From positions 1-52,175 of IMG/VR virus record IMGVR_UViG_3300008255_000163: a DNA stretch of 52,175 nt; one strand, given 5' to 3'. Below the pieces are notes generated by a model, which had not been told where the DNA came from, did not search any database, and saw nothing but the letters and a program-made list of their open reading frames with translations. Of the stretch, positions 27,361 through 36,124 are shown piece after piece (the stretch's first letter is position 1; every line of letters starts with the position of its first letter). The position numbers and the translations under genes were made by a program. This stretch comes from a virus (lineage: Duplodnaviria > Caudoviricetes).

Positions 27361-28811
27361 CAGAACAGACCGATTGGCTCCTGCCCCATGCCGCGGGGAG
27401 GAAGCGGGGGCGAGTAGATGGAGAGACCGAGCGCATCCGCCTTGTCCGGGGATCGCTTGAGTCGCTTCTTCATTTCTTCCTTGGCTTCCACGACCTGCTT
27501 GCCGCGAGCGTTGAACTTGTATGTGGGAGCGATGAGTTCGCCCTTCAAACCCTTATCGTCGGGGATCGCGCCGCCGTCTTTGAACCAGTCGTCCGTCGCG
27601 AACCATATCTGCGCCCGCAGGTTGGCGTACTCGTCATCGGTCGCCGCGGATGCCACGTTGACGTCGACCACATCGATGTCGTCGTGCGTCTTGAGCTGGT
27701 CGACCACGCCAGAGCCAACGCCGATGCCGTCGACCTTGATCTTGACCCGCTCGTCCGGCTTACGGAGCTTGCGGGCGACCTTGAGTGATAGGCCGGTGAT
27801 CTGCACCGTGTCCTGCCCGTGTACCGTGACCGGGCGGAACGCCTTCTTTCCGCGGCGGGCGATGATGACCGAGTCATCGTCACCGAACCGCGCCACGTCC
27901 ACGCCGAGTTCGAGCGGACCGTCGGCCTCGGTGGCGTTCCACCTGGCGATGGCCTCCTCGACCGTTGTCAGCCCAATGACGCTGTTCGCGGCCTGTCCTG
28001 GGAAGTTGCCTCGGACTCGGACTTGGTAGCGCGGGTCGTCTTCGCCCCATGCGATCTTGCGACCCTCGACCCATTCCGACGTTGCCAGGCCAGGGATGAC
28101 AACGCGCCCTTCGATGACGTTGGGCGTGTGCTCACTTGAGACGTGGATCGTGTGCCACAGCTCGGATTGATCGTGGAACGCCTCATAGAACGTCCCGCCG
28201 AGCTGAGTCGGGTTGCCGACGAGCACCTTGTGGGCGCCGCCGGCCATGTTGCCCTCAACAGCCTCGAAGATGCCCTCGTCGATGCCGCTGGCCTCGTCGA
28301 TGATGAACAGCAGCTGGTCGCCGCTGTAGCCGCCCATCCGCTCCGGCTTGTCCGTCGACATGCCGAACATGCGCCGCCCATCGGGCCAGCGAATGCCACC
28401 TTCGGCCGACTGGTTGAGCTTGCCGCCCAGCGGGTAGCCGCGTCGGGCTGCCTCGGCGTAGAGCTTCCGGACTTCGGGCCAGAGCTGCTCGTCAACCTGC
28501 GTGTACGAGCTCGACGTGAGGATGACGAGAGCGCGGGGGCGCGTCGCGCACCACCACAAGGCGAGCGAAGCGACGCAACGGGTCTTCCCGATCTTGTGAC
28601 CCGAGCGGACAGCCACCGAAGGGTGGAGCCTCGCGGCTTCGGCAATCTCGGCCTGCTTCTGCCAGAGCGGGGAACCGAGGATGTCTCGACAGAACCCTAC
28701 GGGGTCGTCGAAGTACTCGGCGAAGTCGTCAGCGCCCGGACCCGCTTCCTGAGGGCCCCACCTTGCGATCGCCCGCTCCATTTGGTCGAGCTTGCGGAGC
28801 GAGTCGAGCAT
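27360..28811 (-). CDS. terL: Terminase large subunit
   Basis: Walker A RSGHKIGKT, Walker B FIIDEASG, VGNPT, nuclease GVDVARFGDDDS and SPDKADA. Confidence 0.96.
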   Translation of the reverse strand: MLDSLRKLDQMERAIARWGPQEAGPGADDFAEYFDDPVGFCRDILGSPLWQKQAEIAEAARLHPSVAVRSGHKIGKTRCVASLALWWCATRPRALVILTSSSYTQVDEQLWPEVRKLYAEAARRGYPLGGKLNQSAEGGIRWPDGRRMFGMSTDKPERMGGYSGDQLLFIIDEASGIDEGIFEAVEGNMAGGAHKVLVGNPTQLGGTFYEAFHDQSELWHTIHVSSEHTPNVIEGRVVIPGLATSEWVEGRKIAWGEDDPRYQVRVRGNFPGQAANSVIGLTTVEEAIARWNATEADGPLELGVDVARFGDDDSVIIARRGKKAFRPVTVHGQDTVQITGLSLKVARKLRKPDERVKIKVDGIGVGSGVVDQLKTHDDIDVVDVNVASAATDDEYANLRAQIWFATDDWFKDGGAIPDDKGLKGELIAPTYKFNARGKQVVEAKEEMKKRLKRSPDKADALGLSIYSPPLPPRGMGQEPIGLF

Positions 28812-29157
28812 CCAGTAGTTGCCTCATTGCCGCCGTCTCGGTCAGGATCTTGAGCGCTCCCGCCACTGAGTGCAGCATGTCCGGGTCGCTCACGTTCGTG
28901 GACTGCGCCGACCGCTTGATGAAGTCCACCGACGCCCGGATGGCGGCTGGCAATTCGTCGGCCCATTCCTTTTCGACGGCTGCCCTTTTCTCTTGGAAAA
29001 GTCGCGCAAACTCCGGGTCCGTATCGAGCCGTTTTCGCCAGTTCAGAATGGTCCGGCGCGACACTTCCCACTTTTCCGCCGCTGCAATGTCGGTGGTCAG
29101 CAAGGCATCGACGAGCGCCATCGCTGCCTTCTCGGCGTTGAAGTTGGGGGCTGCCAT
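28729..29157 (-). CDS. terS: Terminase small subunit
   Basis: N-terminal HTH (AAAEKWEVSRRTILNWRK) directly upstream of terL. Confidence 0.8.
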   Translation of the reverse strand: MAAPNFNAEKAAMALVDALLTTDIAAAEKWEVSRRTILNWRKRLDTDPEFARLFQEKRAAVEKEWADELPAAIRASVDFIKRSAQSTNVSDPDMLHSVAGALKILTETAAMRQLLDARLAPQARPNGAGDRKVGPSGSGSGR

Positions 29158-29249
29158 CTTACAGTTGCGCCTCGTCCACTCCCGAGCCGGGCGTTACGGG
29201 ACGTTGTCACGCGACGGACGAACCGGCGTGAGGGCTGGCGCGGAGCCCT

Positions 29250-29324
29250 TGGTAGCGCGAGGTGGACTCGAACCACCGACCGCCGGGTTATGGGCCCGGA
29301 GAGCTGCCACTGCTCCATCGCGCT
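29250..29324 (-). tRNA. tRNA with CAT anticodon, initiator-Met-like, encoded CCA
   Basis: AGCGCGA-TG-GAGC AGTGGCA GCTC-T-CCGGG CCCATAA CCCGG-CGGTC-GGTGG TTCGAGT CCACC-TCGCGCT-A-CCA. Confidence 0.92.
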
Positions 29325-29659
29325 GTAGGTGCGCTCGCCAGCCCGCCGGGGAAGGAGGGGCCCGGGCGGGTCTGGCTTGCGCGATTGGAGAGGAAGGAGG
29401 CGATGGCCCGACACGAGGTCGGGGCAGGCGTCCGACTCAAGCGCCGCACCTTCCGGTGAAGCTCGTCGTTCGTCTGCCTCGATCCCGCCTCGCGCGTCTA
29501 TCGTCTGTGGTAAAGGTTGACGCCGTTCCGCTCTCGGCTGCGCCGAGGCGCGAGTTACTCGGCTCGCTTCGCTCCCCGCCCAGACACCCTCCGTAGGTTC
29601 CCTCGGACATTCGAAGCCCTACTGTATGGGTGGACAGGTTGGGGTGGACGGAGTTTCGA

Positions 29660-29986
29660 TTACGCCCAATGAGCGCGCTCTGACGGAATGATTTCGAAGT
29701 GTTTGCATGTGCATCTGTCGATCTCGCAACACCATCCCTCGTTGTATCTGTGGTACCACTCCGGATGCCCGCACTTGCACAGCGGGCCTTGCTCGATCTG
29801 TCCATCAACGACGCGGACAAGCCTTCCGGCAAACCTCTCACCACGATCAATCTTCAGCGTCATCGATCGGCTGTCGAACTCGACAACGTGTGCCGAAACA
29901 TCCACGAAATCGTGCACCGGAATACTTGCCACGCTGTGAACCCCAGTCGAAATCTGCAGACGTTCTCGCTGATACAGCCTCGTCAT
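29660..29986 (-). CDS. Hypothetical protein with C-terminal Cys/His cluster
   Basis: MTRLYQRE…CKCGHPEWYH…CCEIDRCTCKHF. Confidence 0.6.
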   Translation of the reverse strand: MTRLYQRERLQISTGVHSVASIPVHDFVDVSAHVVEFDSRSMTLKIDRGERFAGRLVRVVDGQIEQGPLCKCGHPEWYHRYNEGWCCEIDRCTCKHFEIIPSERAHWA

Positions 29987-30477
29987 CGCTTCCTCCTCGC
30001 TCTCCAACTCCTCACCGCCGCGAGCACCCTGCACTTCACCGAACAGTACTCCTGCGGCCTGCCTGTCGCATTCAACTCCACAGGGAACACGACCCCACAC
30101 CCGTCTCGAGCGCAGACGCGCTCCACGATGCCTTCAGCCTCTCGGATGGCTGCCAGTGCCGCCGCCCTCTGCTCCGCCTTCCGCACCCGATCTCGCTCCT
30201 GCCTCGCCTTCGTCCTGCACTCGTCCGAAGCGTACTTGCCCCGCCCTCTGGCGCGCCCTCCGCATCCGCAAGCACACGGCTCGACCACGACGCTCCTGCG
30301 GAGCTCCTCGACGATCGCCAGCGTATCGCGCTCGTTCTGCTTTCGCTCCCGGTCGCGCTGGTGGCGCCTGTCCTCTCGTAGCCAACGTGGCTCGACGTCC
30401 AGGTGCTCTTGGGCCGGTTGGATACCGGCAAGACCCTGCACCTCCGCAAGGTCTTCGAGGATGTCGGGGCGGGTCAC
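29983..30477 (-). CDS. Zinc-finger protein
   Basis: CACGC…YASDECR and CARDGC…YCSVKCR; GTGA overlap start. Confidence 0.65.
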   Translation of the reverse strand: MTRPDILEDLAEVQGLAGIQPAQEHLDVEPRWLREDRRHQRDRERKQNERDTLAIVEELRRSVVVEPCACGCGGRARGRGKYASDECRTKARQERDRVRKAEQRAAALAAIREAEGIVERVCARDGCGVVFPVELNATGRPQEYCSVKCRVLAAVRSWRARRKR

Positions 30478-30824
30478 GGTACCCTCGCCTCCACATCCCA
30501 CGCGTGAAGCGCCAATAGCATCTCGTACCACCGCCTCTCGATGGCGTAGTGGTCCACGAAGAACTGGCAGTTGGGATGAGCCATCTCCACTCGCATCGTC
30601 TCCCAGTCGAACCCTACCCCATCCGCCGTCTCCACCTTGATCCGACGCGCTTCGTCTTGCCCCACCATGGAGGTGAGCATGCGGCGAATCTCATGTGCGT
30701 GCCGATGCGACGCCGCGACCACGTAGACGGCCCGCCCAAACTTGTGTGCGTTGACAGCCTCCACCAGCATCCTGGACGTCCGTCCGCTTCGCTGATTGGC
30801 TTTCTCAATCTCGTTCCACGTCAT
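30474..30824 (-). CDS. Small P-loop-like protein resembling a terminase ATPase N-terminal fragment
   Basis: QRSGRTSRML…AVYVVAASHRHA…FFVDH. Confidence 0.6.
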   Translation of the reverse strand: MTWNEIEKANQRSGRTSRMLVEAVNAHKFGRAVYVVAASHRHAHEIRRMLTSMVGQDEARRIKVETADGVGFDWETMRVEMAHPNCQFFVDHYAIERRWYEMLLALHAWDVEARVP

Positions 30825-31420
30825 CACACCCTCGCCTTCGAGTAAGCCTCCAGAGCCGCTCGCAACCACGCTGCCGCCTCGGTCACCAGTTCCTCGAGGA
30901 TCGTCCGCTCCGCGCTGCTGTCCGACGTGTGCATGCGCTGGACAGCGTCCCGTGGGCCAAGGTCGTCGGGCGGCTCTCGATCCTGCTTTTCGGCCCGGCG
31001 CCGGCGCTTCTCGTTAACCTTTGCCGTCGCCACCCGAACAGGCTTGGTCATGCACAACAGGCTCAGCGACACGCCGTGGATCCGAACAGCGTCCCCGAAG
31101 TGCAGCTCGAGCACGGCATGGTCCCGCTGTCCGAGCTGCTGGAGTCGCTGGTAGACGCGGTGGGCGTCGTCGAGCTTCTTGCGTCGGTTGTCGAGGCGCT
31201 CCATTGCGTCCCAGCTCGCGCTGCATGTCGATCGCGTCTCGTGAGCGGGATGGTCCGCTTCTCCGACCGGTAGCCATTCCCAACCGCGGGCCCTGCCGGT
31301 TTTCGCGAGCTTGTCCATGGCGGCTTCGAATCCGCCTTGCACCGAACGCACACCGCAATCGGCCTCCGCCGCGCCGGAAAAGTACCACTCCAGCTCTGCC
31401 ACTTCATCGATCGACAGCAT
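30824..31420 (-). CDS. Hypothetical protein, possible late transcription regulator
   Basis: 198 aa overlapping sigma gene; 'LQQLGQRDHAVLELHF' resembles start of sigma region 4. Confidence 0.55.
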   Translation of the reverse strand: MLSIDEVAELEWYFSGAAEADCGVRSVQGGFEAAMDKLAKTGRARGWEWLPVGEADHPAHETRSTCSASWDAMERLDNRRKKLDDAHRVYQRLQQLGQRDHAVLELHFGDAVRIHGVSLSLLCMTKPVRVATAKVNEKRRRRAEKQDREPPDDLGPRDAVQRMHTSDSSAERTILEELVTEAAAWLRAALEAYSKARV

Positions 31421-32189
31421 TCACCCCTCCAAGCCTCGCCCGGAGCTTTCCGAGCGCAAGTATCTCGATCTGCTGCACTCTCTGACGCGTCACGCCGAAC
31501 TGCTGCCCTATCTCCTCGAACGACATCGGGTGGCGGGACAGGTGACGCCATATGATGACGTTGCGCATCTTCTCAGGCAGGCTGTCCACCGCGATGCGTA
31601 CGGCCTTGTCTTGAGCCGCTTGGTTCAGCGCGGCGTCAGCGGGCGCGCTCGGGTCTGCCAGGACGTTCTCCAGCGTTCGCCCATCCTCGTCCGAAGCAGC
31701 TGCGTCCAGCGACGCAATCCTGTGGTGCATGGCGATGAATCCCTCTGCGATGTCTCGCCTCCAACCCGCTGCCACAATCGCGTCCACCGGGTCATTACCA
31801 GTTGCGTGCGCCGCATCCATGATCTTCTTGAGCGGATAGTACCGAGTGAACAGAATCGATTTGACCCCGCTGCGACCCGCGGCGAACTGGAGCTTTGACT
31901 CGCGCCTGATGTGCTGCGTCCACCAGTGTTGTGCGTACGTCGAGAACCGGACTCCGACGGCGGGATCGAACTTGTCGATCGCGTGGACGGTGCCCATGAG
32001 TGCGAGTTGCATCAGATCCTCGGCGTCCTGTTCAGTCGCCTGCCCCCGGGCCCATCGCTTCACATCGACGTTGATCAGCTTCACGAGCGAGGACAGGATC
32101 CGAACGATCGCAGCATCGTCGCCGGCCTTCGCTCTGACGATGAGGTCGCACTCCTCCTCCGGAGTCATCGGCGGCGTGGCAGCGATCAT
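31404..32189 (-). CDS. Sigma-70 family RNA polymerase sigma factor (RpoD/RpoH-like regions 2-4)
   Basis: 'EDLMQLALMG..HAIDKFDP..GVRFSTYAQHW', 'SLDA', 'MSFEEIGQQFGVTRQRVQQIE'. Confidence 0.92.
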   Translation of the reverse strand: MIAATPPMTPEEECDLIVRAKAGDDAAIVRILSSLVKLINVDVKRWARGQATEQDAEDLMQLALMGTVHAIDKFDPAVGVRFSTYAQHWWTQHIRRESKLQFAAGRSGVKSILFTRYYPLKKIMDAAHATGNDPVDAIVAAGWRRDIAEGFIAMHHRIASLDAAASDEDGRTLENVLADPSAPADAALNQAAQDKAVRIAVDSLPEKMRNVIIWRHLSRHPMSFEEIGQQFGVTRQRVQQIEILALGKLRARLGGVNAVDR

Positions 32190-32362
32190 TCTTTCGGGTC
32201 CTCCGGCATCAGCGAACCGCTTGGTATGGCGAAGGCCCGGTTCAATCGCTCCACCTCCGCCACCAGTTCCTTCGCTGCTTCCCGCGCCTGGATCATGTCA
32301 GACGGGCAAGGGAACGTCTTCGCGAGCATCATTTTGATCTCGGCCAGCCGCTCGGGAGTCAT
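32186..32362 (-). CDS. Hypothetical protein
   Basis: MTPERLAEIK…LVAEVERL, a common phage small-ORF motif. Confidence 0.6.
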   Translation of the reverse strand: MTPERLAEIKMMLAKTFPCPSDMIQAREAAKELVAEVERLNRAFAIPSGSLMPEDPKE

Positions 32363-33501
32363 GACTCCTCCAGGATGGCGGAGCGGAGTGAATCGCCCGA
32401 GCCAAGCACGGGTCCCTGGCTGGGCACCCACTCCACCGCCCTATCCGCCGCCTCGCGCATGAGACGATCGTGGTAGGCGCGGGAGAGGTACTCGGCAGTC
32501 CGCGACGGCTTGTCCGGGTCGGACGGTATTGTCCACGCTGTCCCGACTACAAATTCAGGCGTTCCAGCAAGCATGTCGACCCACACCCTATCCGGCGCGT
32601 CGTCGGTCGCTTCCTCCTCGTCGCTCGGGTTCCCGCCGCCCTCCGCAATCGCATTCAGACCTGCCACGATACGCTCTCGCAGCTCGACGTCGGGCTTCGG
32701 TGTGGCCGGCGAGGCTGCGAAGAATTGCTCGGTGGTGATGCTGTCGTGAGTTGGCGACTTTGGGGGCTTACACTCGTCAGAATCGCCAACTCCGCCGTCT
32801 GCCCAGGATGCGACCGTCTCATCTGGATCTGGCAGTTCAGCCATGTACTTCTCCCACGCCCTCGTGACATTCAGCCAGTCACCGCGCCAACCGACCGATC
32901 CATCACAGGCAGCCTCGACAGCGTTGATGACGGGGCGCTGACGCTCTACCTCCGCGCGTGCCGTGTTCCGCTCGCTGGCATACTGGATTGCGTTCGAGCG
33001 CTCGTTGTCGATCGTCTCGTTGGCCTTGTGCAGTTCGGTCTTGAGCCGCTCCACCTCAGCGCGGGCGGCGTAGCGCTCGGCTTCCGCCCTTACAGCCCGC
33101 GCTTGCTGGAATACGACCTCCCGCTCGCGTTCGAGTTCGACGATACGTTCCTTGGCCTCCGTCCACGACGAGTGGACGCCCTCGAATTGAGCTTGGTCAA
33201 GGGGGCTCGGCGTCTCCGGCCAGCTCTCCAGTCCAAAGTCCGAAGGCTGCCATCCTCGCCTTCCGCACAACCACTCGCCCAGCACCTCGCGAAATAGCCC
33301 CTGTGAGATTTGCCCATGTGCCACGAGCGACACGGGGGTCATAAGCCCGTAGGCGTCGTCCGCGTGAATGCGCGGCCTATCCCGACCGACGTCGACATGC
33401 ACCACTGGCACGCCGGAGTACGTGTTCAGCTCACGCCCCAGCAGCCGGGCTTCCGCCAGGCATTCCTTCGCCCGCCTCTTCCACTCACGCTTGCTTGCCA
33501 T
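32359..33501 (-). CDS. Hypothetical coiled-coil protein
   Basis: GGAGGAGG RBS; repeated ARAEVER coiled-coil. Confidence 0.65.
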   Translation of the reverse strand: MASKREWKRRAKECLAEARLLGRELNTYSGVPVVHVDVGRDRPRIHADDAYGLMTPVSLVAHGQISQGLFREVLGEWLCGRRGWQPSDFGLESWPETPSPLDQAQFEGVHSSWTEAKERIVELEREREVVFQQARAVRAEAERYAARAEVERLKTELHKANETIDNERSNAIQYASERNTARAEVERQRPVINAVEAACDGSVGWRGDWLNVTRAWEKYMAELPDPDETVASWADGGVGDSDECKPPKSPTHDSITTEQFFAASPATPKPDVELRERIVAGLNAIAEGGGNPSDEEEATDDAPDRVWVDMLAGTPEFVVGTAWTIPSDPDKPSRTAEYLSRAYHDRLMREAADRAVEWVPSQGPVLGSGDSLRSAILEES

Positions 33502-33718
33502 CGTTTCCTCCTCCAATCAACTCCACAATCGCCCCCGCGGCCCGCTCGAGCTTCTGGAGCCTGGCCTCCGTGAGCACGCCCTTGGGCGCCCGGACAACGA
33601 GAGTCCCGTCGGCAGCCACGCTCAGCACGCATCCGGCGTCCCGGGCTCGCTGAAAAAGAGTCCGGGTGGCCTCGGTCGGACGCTGGGCGTCGTGGACCTG
33701 GATGAACACGGTGTTCAC
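33485..33718 (-). CDS. Small protein resembling TubC N-terminal docking domain
   Basis: 'AGCVLSVAADGTLVVRAPKGVLTEARLQKL'. Confidence 0.55.
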   Translation of the reverse strand: MNTVFIQVHDAQRPTEATRTLFQRARDAGCVLSVAADGTLVVRAPKGVLTEARLQKLERAAGAIVELIGGGNDGKQA

Positions 33719-33963
33719 GCTCGCCTCCTCGTCCCATCACACTTCCGATGAGCAATCACCCACGCGTGCCAAACCTCGATCGAGCCGAAGCACCGCAGGC
33801 AGGTCGACCCGCACGTGCGGCAGATCCAGCCCCACGGAAACGAGCCAACCGACGGCAACGGGTCCTTGGTCCGGGTATCGACGGAATGGCGTTTTGCTAC
33901 GAGCCCACGGGGTCGTGGCGCCACTTTCGGCCCGGACAGGTCTCCCATGTCGTTCGTGTTCAC
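33715..33963 (-). CDS. Hypothetical Cys-containing protein
   Basis: WICRTCGSTC…H; coupled overlaps at both ends. Confidence 0.5.
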   Translation of the reverse strand: MNTNDMGDLSGPKVAPRPRGLVAKRHSVDTRTKDPLPSVGSFPWGWICRTCGSTCLRCFGSIEVWHAWVIAHRKCDGTRRRA

Positions 33964-34295
33964 GGCCGGTGCTCCTTGGGCAGGCGCTTTGCCAGGTGGA
34001 TGAGTTCGATCGAGATGTCCTGTTCGTCGGCCTGCCGGAGCTCGTCATGTGCGCGCGCCATCTCGCGAGCGGCGAAGATGATAGGCTGCCAGTGCGCCAG
34101 CCTGTCGGTCAGGTAGAGCCGTTCGGACTTGGGACGGATGCGGACGTGGACGAGGCGGCCACCAGCGCGGCGCATGTCGTGGATCGCGATTGCCTTTCGG
34201 CTGTACCGACATGCTTGGAGCTTCTCCGGCGCAAACCCGAACACTCCGAGGTATTCGTCCCCACGCTTGATCATCCAGTATTCGCTACTTGCCAT
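33960..34295 (-). CDS. Hypothetical protein
   Basis: GGAGGGAGG RBS; MASSEYW…. Confidence 0.6.
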   Translation of the reverse strand: MASSEYWMIKRGDEYLGVFGFAPEKLQACRYSRKAIAIHDMRRAGGRLVHVRIRPKSERLYLTDRLAHWQPIIFAAREMARAHDELRQADEQDISIELIHLAKRLPKEHRP

Positions 34296-34674
34296 CGGAG
34301 CCTCCCTCCGATGCCAGCAAAGCATCGCGCTCGGCTTCGAGTTCGACGATGCGGGCCATTAGGCTGTCGAGCGTCTTGCCGTATCTTCGCCCCGAAAAGA
34401 CGGTGTGCCCGCCCGACGAGTCGCGTTTCGGAGGCGCGATGCGCGTGCCCGGCATCGTCGGCAGCTCGGCGCGGGCCACACCTGCCACCGCGAGCGCCTT
34501 GCTCTCGGCGTCGAGGCAGGCTTGGCAGCGCCGCACTGGGGCGCCTTCCAAGATGGGACCGAATTGCCTGCAAGCCGGCCGAACTTGGAGGTCGTCGCAA
34601 ACGACCCGGCGGACATCGTCGCAGTTCCCACACGTTTCACCCTCGCAGTTGCGCCATATCGTCAATGCTCGCAT
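34285..34674 (-). CDS. Hypothetical Cys-rich protein with GRRYGKT motif
   Basis: TGATG overlap; CEGETCGNC…C…RRCQAC; VFSGRRYGKTL. Confidence 0.6.
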   Translation of the reverse strand: MRALTIWRNCEGETCGNCDDVRRVVCDDLQVRPACRQFGPILEGAPVRRCQACLDAESKALAVAGVARAELPTMPGTRIAPPKRDSSGGHTVFSGRRYGKTLDSLMARIVELEAERDALLASEGGSDGK

Positions 34675-35099
34675 CACGCTTCCCCTTTCTCGATTCGAAT
34701 CACCACTGCGGGATCGCCACGCGATTGTTCGTATCTCCACGCGTATCCGTCGTCCCCGTCGTCGACTCCCACCCAATCCGCGATTCCATCTCGGATGTGT
34801 TTCGCGCTCCCGGCGAGGTTGTCGGAGTCCAGGTGCCCACGGCCCACCCTCGTGATGGTCACGACGAGGGGGAGCTCGGGGGCGCGCCCGAACTTCGCAC
34901 GTAGAACCATCTCCGCAGCCGATCGGTGATTCTTCGCGCGCCGCGCTCGCGTGGCCCAGTGCTCGCGGGCGTTGTCCCCGGGAACGAGCTTGATCCCAGG
35001 AATGACCGCCACCAGCGCTTCGCCATCGCGGAGCGCCTGGACGTGCAGGTGTTCGCGCTTGGCGGAGCGGAAGCCTGGAAGGGTGCGTTGGGCTTTCAT
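34674..35099 (-). CDS. rusA: RusA-like Holliday junction resolvase
   Basis: 'VVTITR…LDSDNLAGSAKHIRDGIA…VDD'; after helicase. Confidence 0.75.
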   Translation of the reverse strand: MKAQRTLPGFRSAKREHLHVQALRDGEALVAVIPGIKLVPGDNAREHWATRARRAKNHRSAAEMVLRAKFGRAPELPLVVTITRVGRGHLDSDNLAGSAKHIRDGIADWVGVDDGDDGYAWRYEQSRGDPAVVIRIEKGEA

Positions 35100-36124
35100 G
35101 ACTCCGACTCCCCGGATGCTAGATTGTCAATCCGATAGCACTCACCGGTGAATCGGAGCTTTGCGAACGTCGGTTCTCCGCCACGGATCTTCGGCATCGA
35201 GACTTCTAGAATATTGTCGTAGTCGTCTCGCTCTTTGCGGTAGTAGTCCTCGCGATAGAGCAACATGATCGCGTCGGCCTCCTGTTCGATGCTACCCGAT
35301 TCCTGAAGCTCCGATACGCGGGGGCGCCGGTCCTTCTGCCCCCGCGTCTCCGTTCCTCGGTTGACCTGTGCCAGCCCGACGACGCAGACGTTCTCGCTCT
35401 TTGCGATGTTCTTGAGCATGTCGGTGATGTGGACCATCTCCGTCCGCCGGTCCTTGCCCTTGCTGCCACGGATCTTCTGGATGTGGTCCACCACCACCAT
35501 GAACAGCGACTGGCCTTCCTCGGCCATCTTTGCCTTGCATCGACGGATCTGCTTTTCGATCTGCTCGACGGTCACGCCTGGCTTGTCGTTCCACGCCCAC
35601 GGCCACTTGATCATGTCGTTGATCGACGTGGTCATTGCGGACCAGTGTCTGGCCTCAACCGTGTTGTTCTTCAATCGGAACGCAGGCACCTTGGACTGAC
35701 ACAGCAGCGCCCGGACAGCTTGCTCCTCGACAGGCATCTCGAGCGAAATGAAGTCGACGCCAAGGCCCTTTTCGGCGGCCCGGTTGGCGACATTGAGCCC
35801 AACGATCGACTTGCCCATACCGGTGCGACCGCCGATGACGTAGAACCGGCCCCGCTGCCACCCGTCAAGCGCGTCGTCGATGCGTGTGAGTCCGACCGCT
35901 TCTCCTGCGAGGCCACCGCCTCGAGCAAGCCGCTCCTGCATCCCCTTGAACGCTGAGTTGAGCACTGGCTTCATTGGCAGTGATCCGTCGTCGACTTCGG
36001 CGTCCGGCCGGATCGGAACCACGTTGCCAGGCTCCACAACTGTGGCGTCGTCGGCGAACCTCGGATCGAACGGGTCCGGCGTCTTGCCCGTCTCGCGCTT
36101 CACGTCGTTGATGTCGCGCGTCAT
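35096..36124 (-). CDS. dnaB: DnaB-like replicative helicase (C-terminal ATPase domain)
   Basis: GGRTGMGKS, FISLEM, VVVDHIQ, LAQVNR, LQESGSIEQEAD; ATG 36124 by ATGA overlap. Confidence 0.93.
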   Translation of the reverse strand: MTRDINDVKRETGKTPDPFDPRFADDATVVEPGNVVPIRPDAEVDDGSLPMKPVLNSAFKGMQERLARGGGLAGEAVGLTRIDDALDGWQRGRFYVIGGRTGMGKSIVGLNVANRAAEKGLGVDFISLEMPVEEQAVRALLCQSKVPAFRLKNNTVEARHWSAMTTSINDMIKWPWAWNDKPGVTVEQIEKQIRRCKAKMAEEGQSLFMVVVDHIQKIRGSKGKDRRTEMVHITDMLKNIAKSENVCVVGLAQVNRGTETRGQKDRRPRVSELQESGSIEQEADAIMLLYREDYYRKERDDYDNILEVSMPKIRGGEPTFAKLRFTGECYRIDNLASGESES

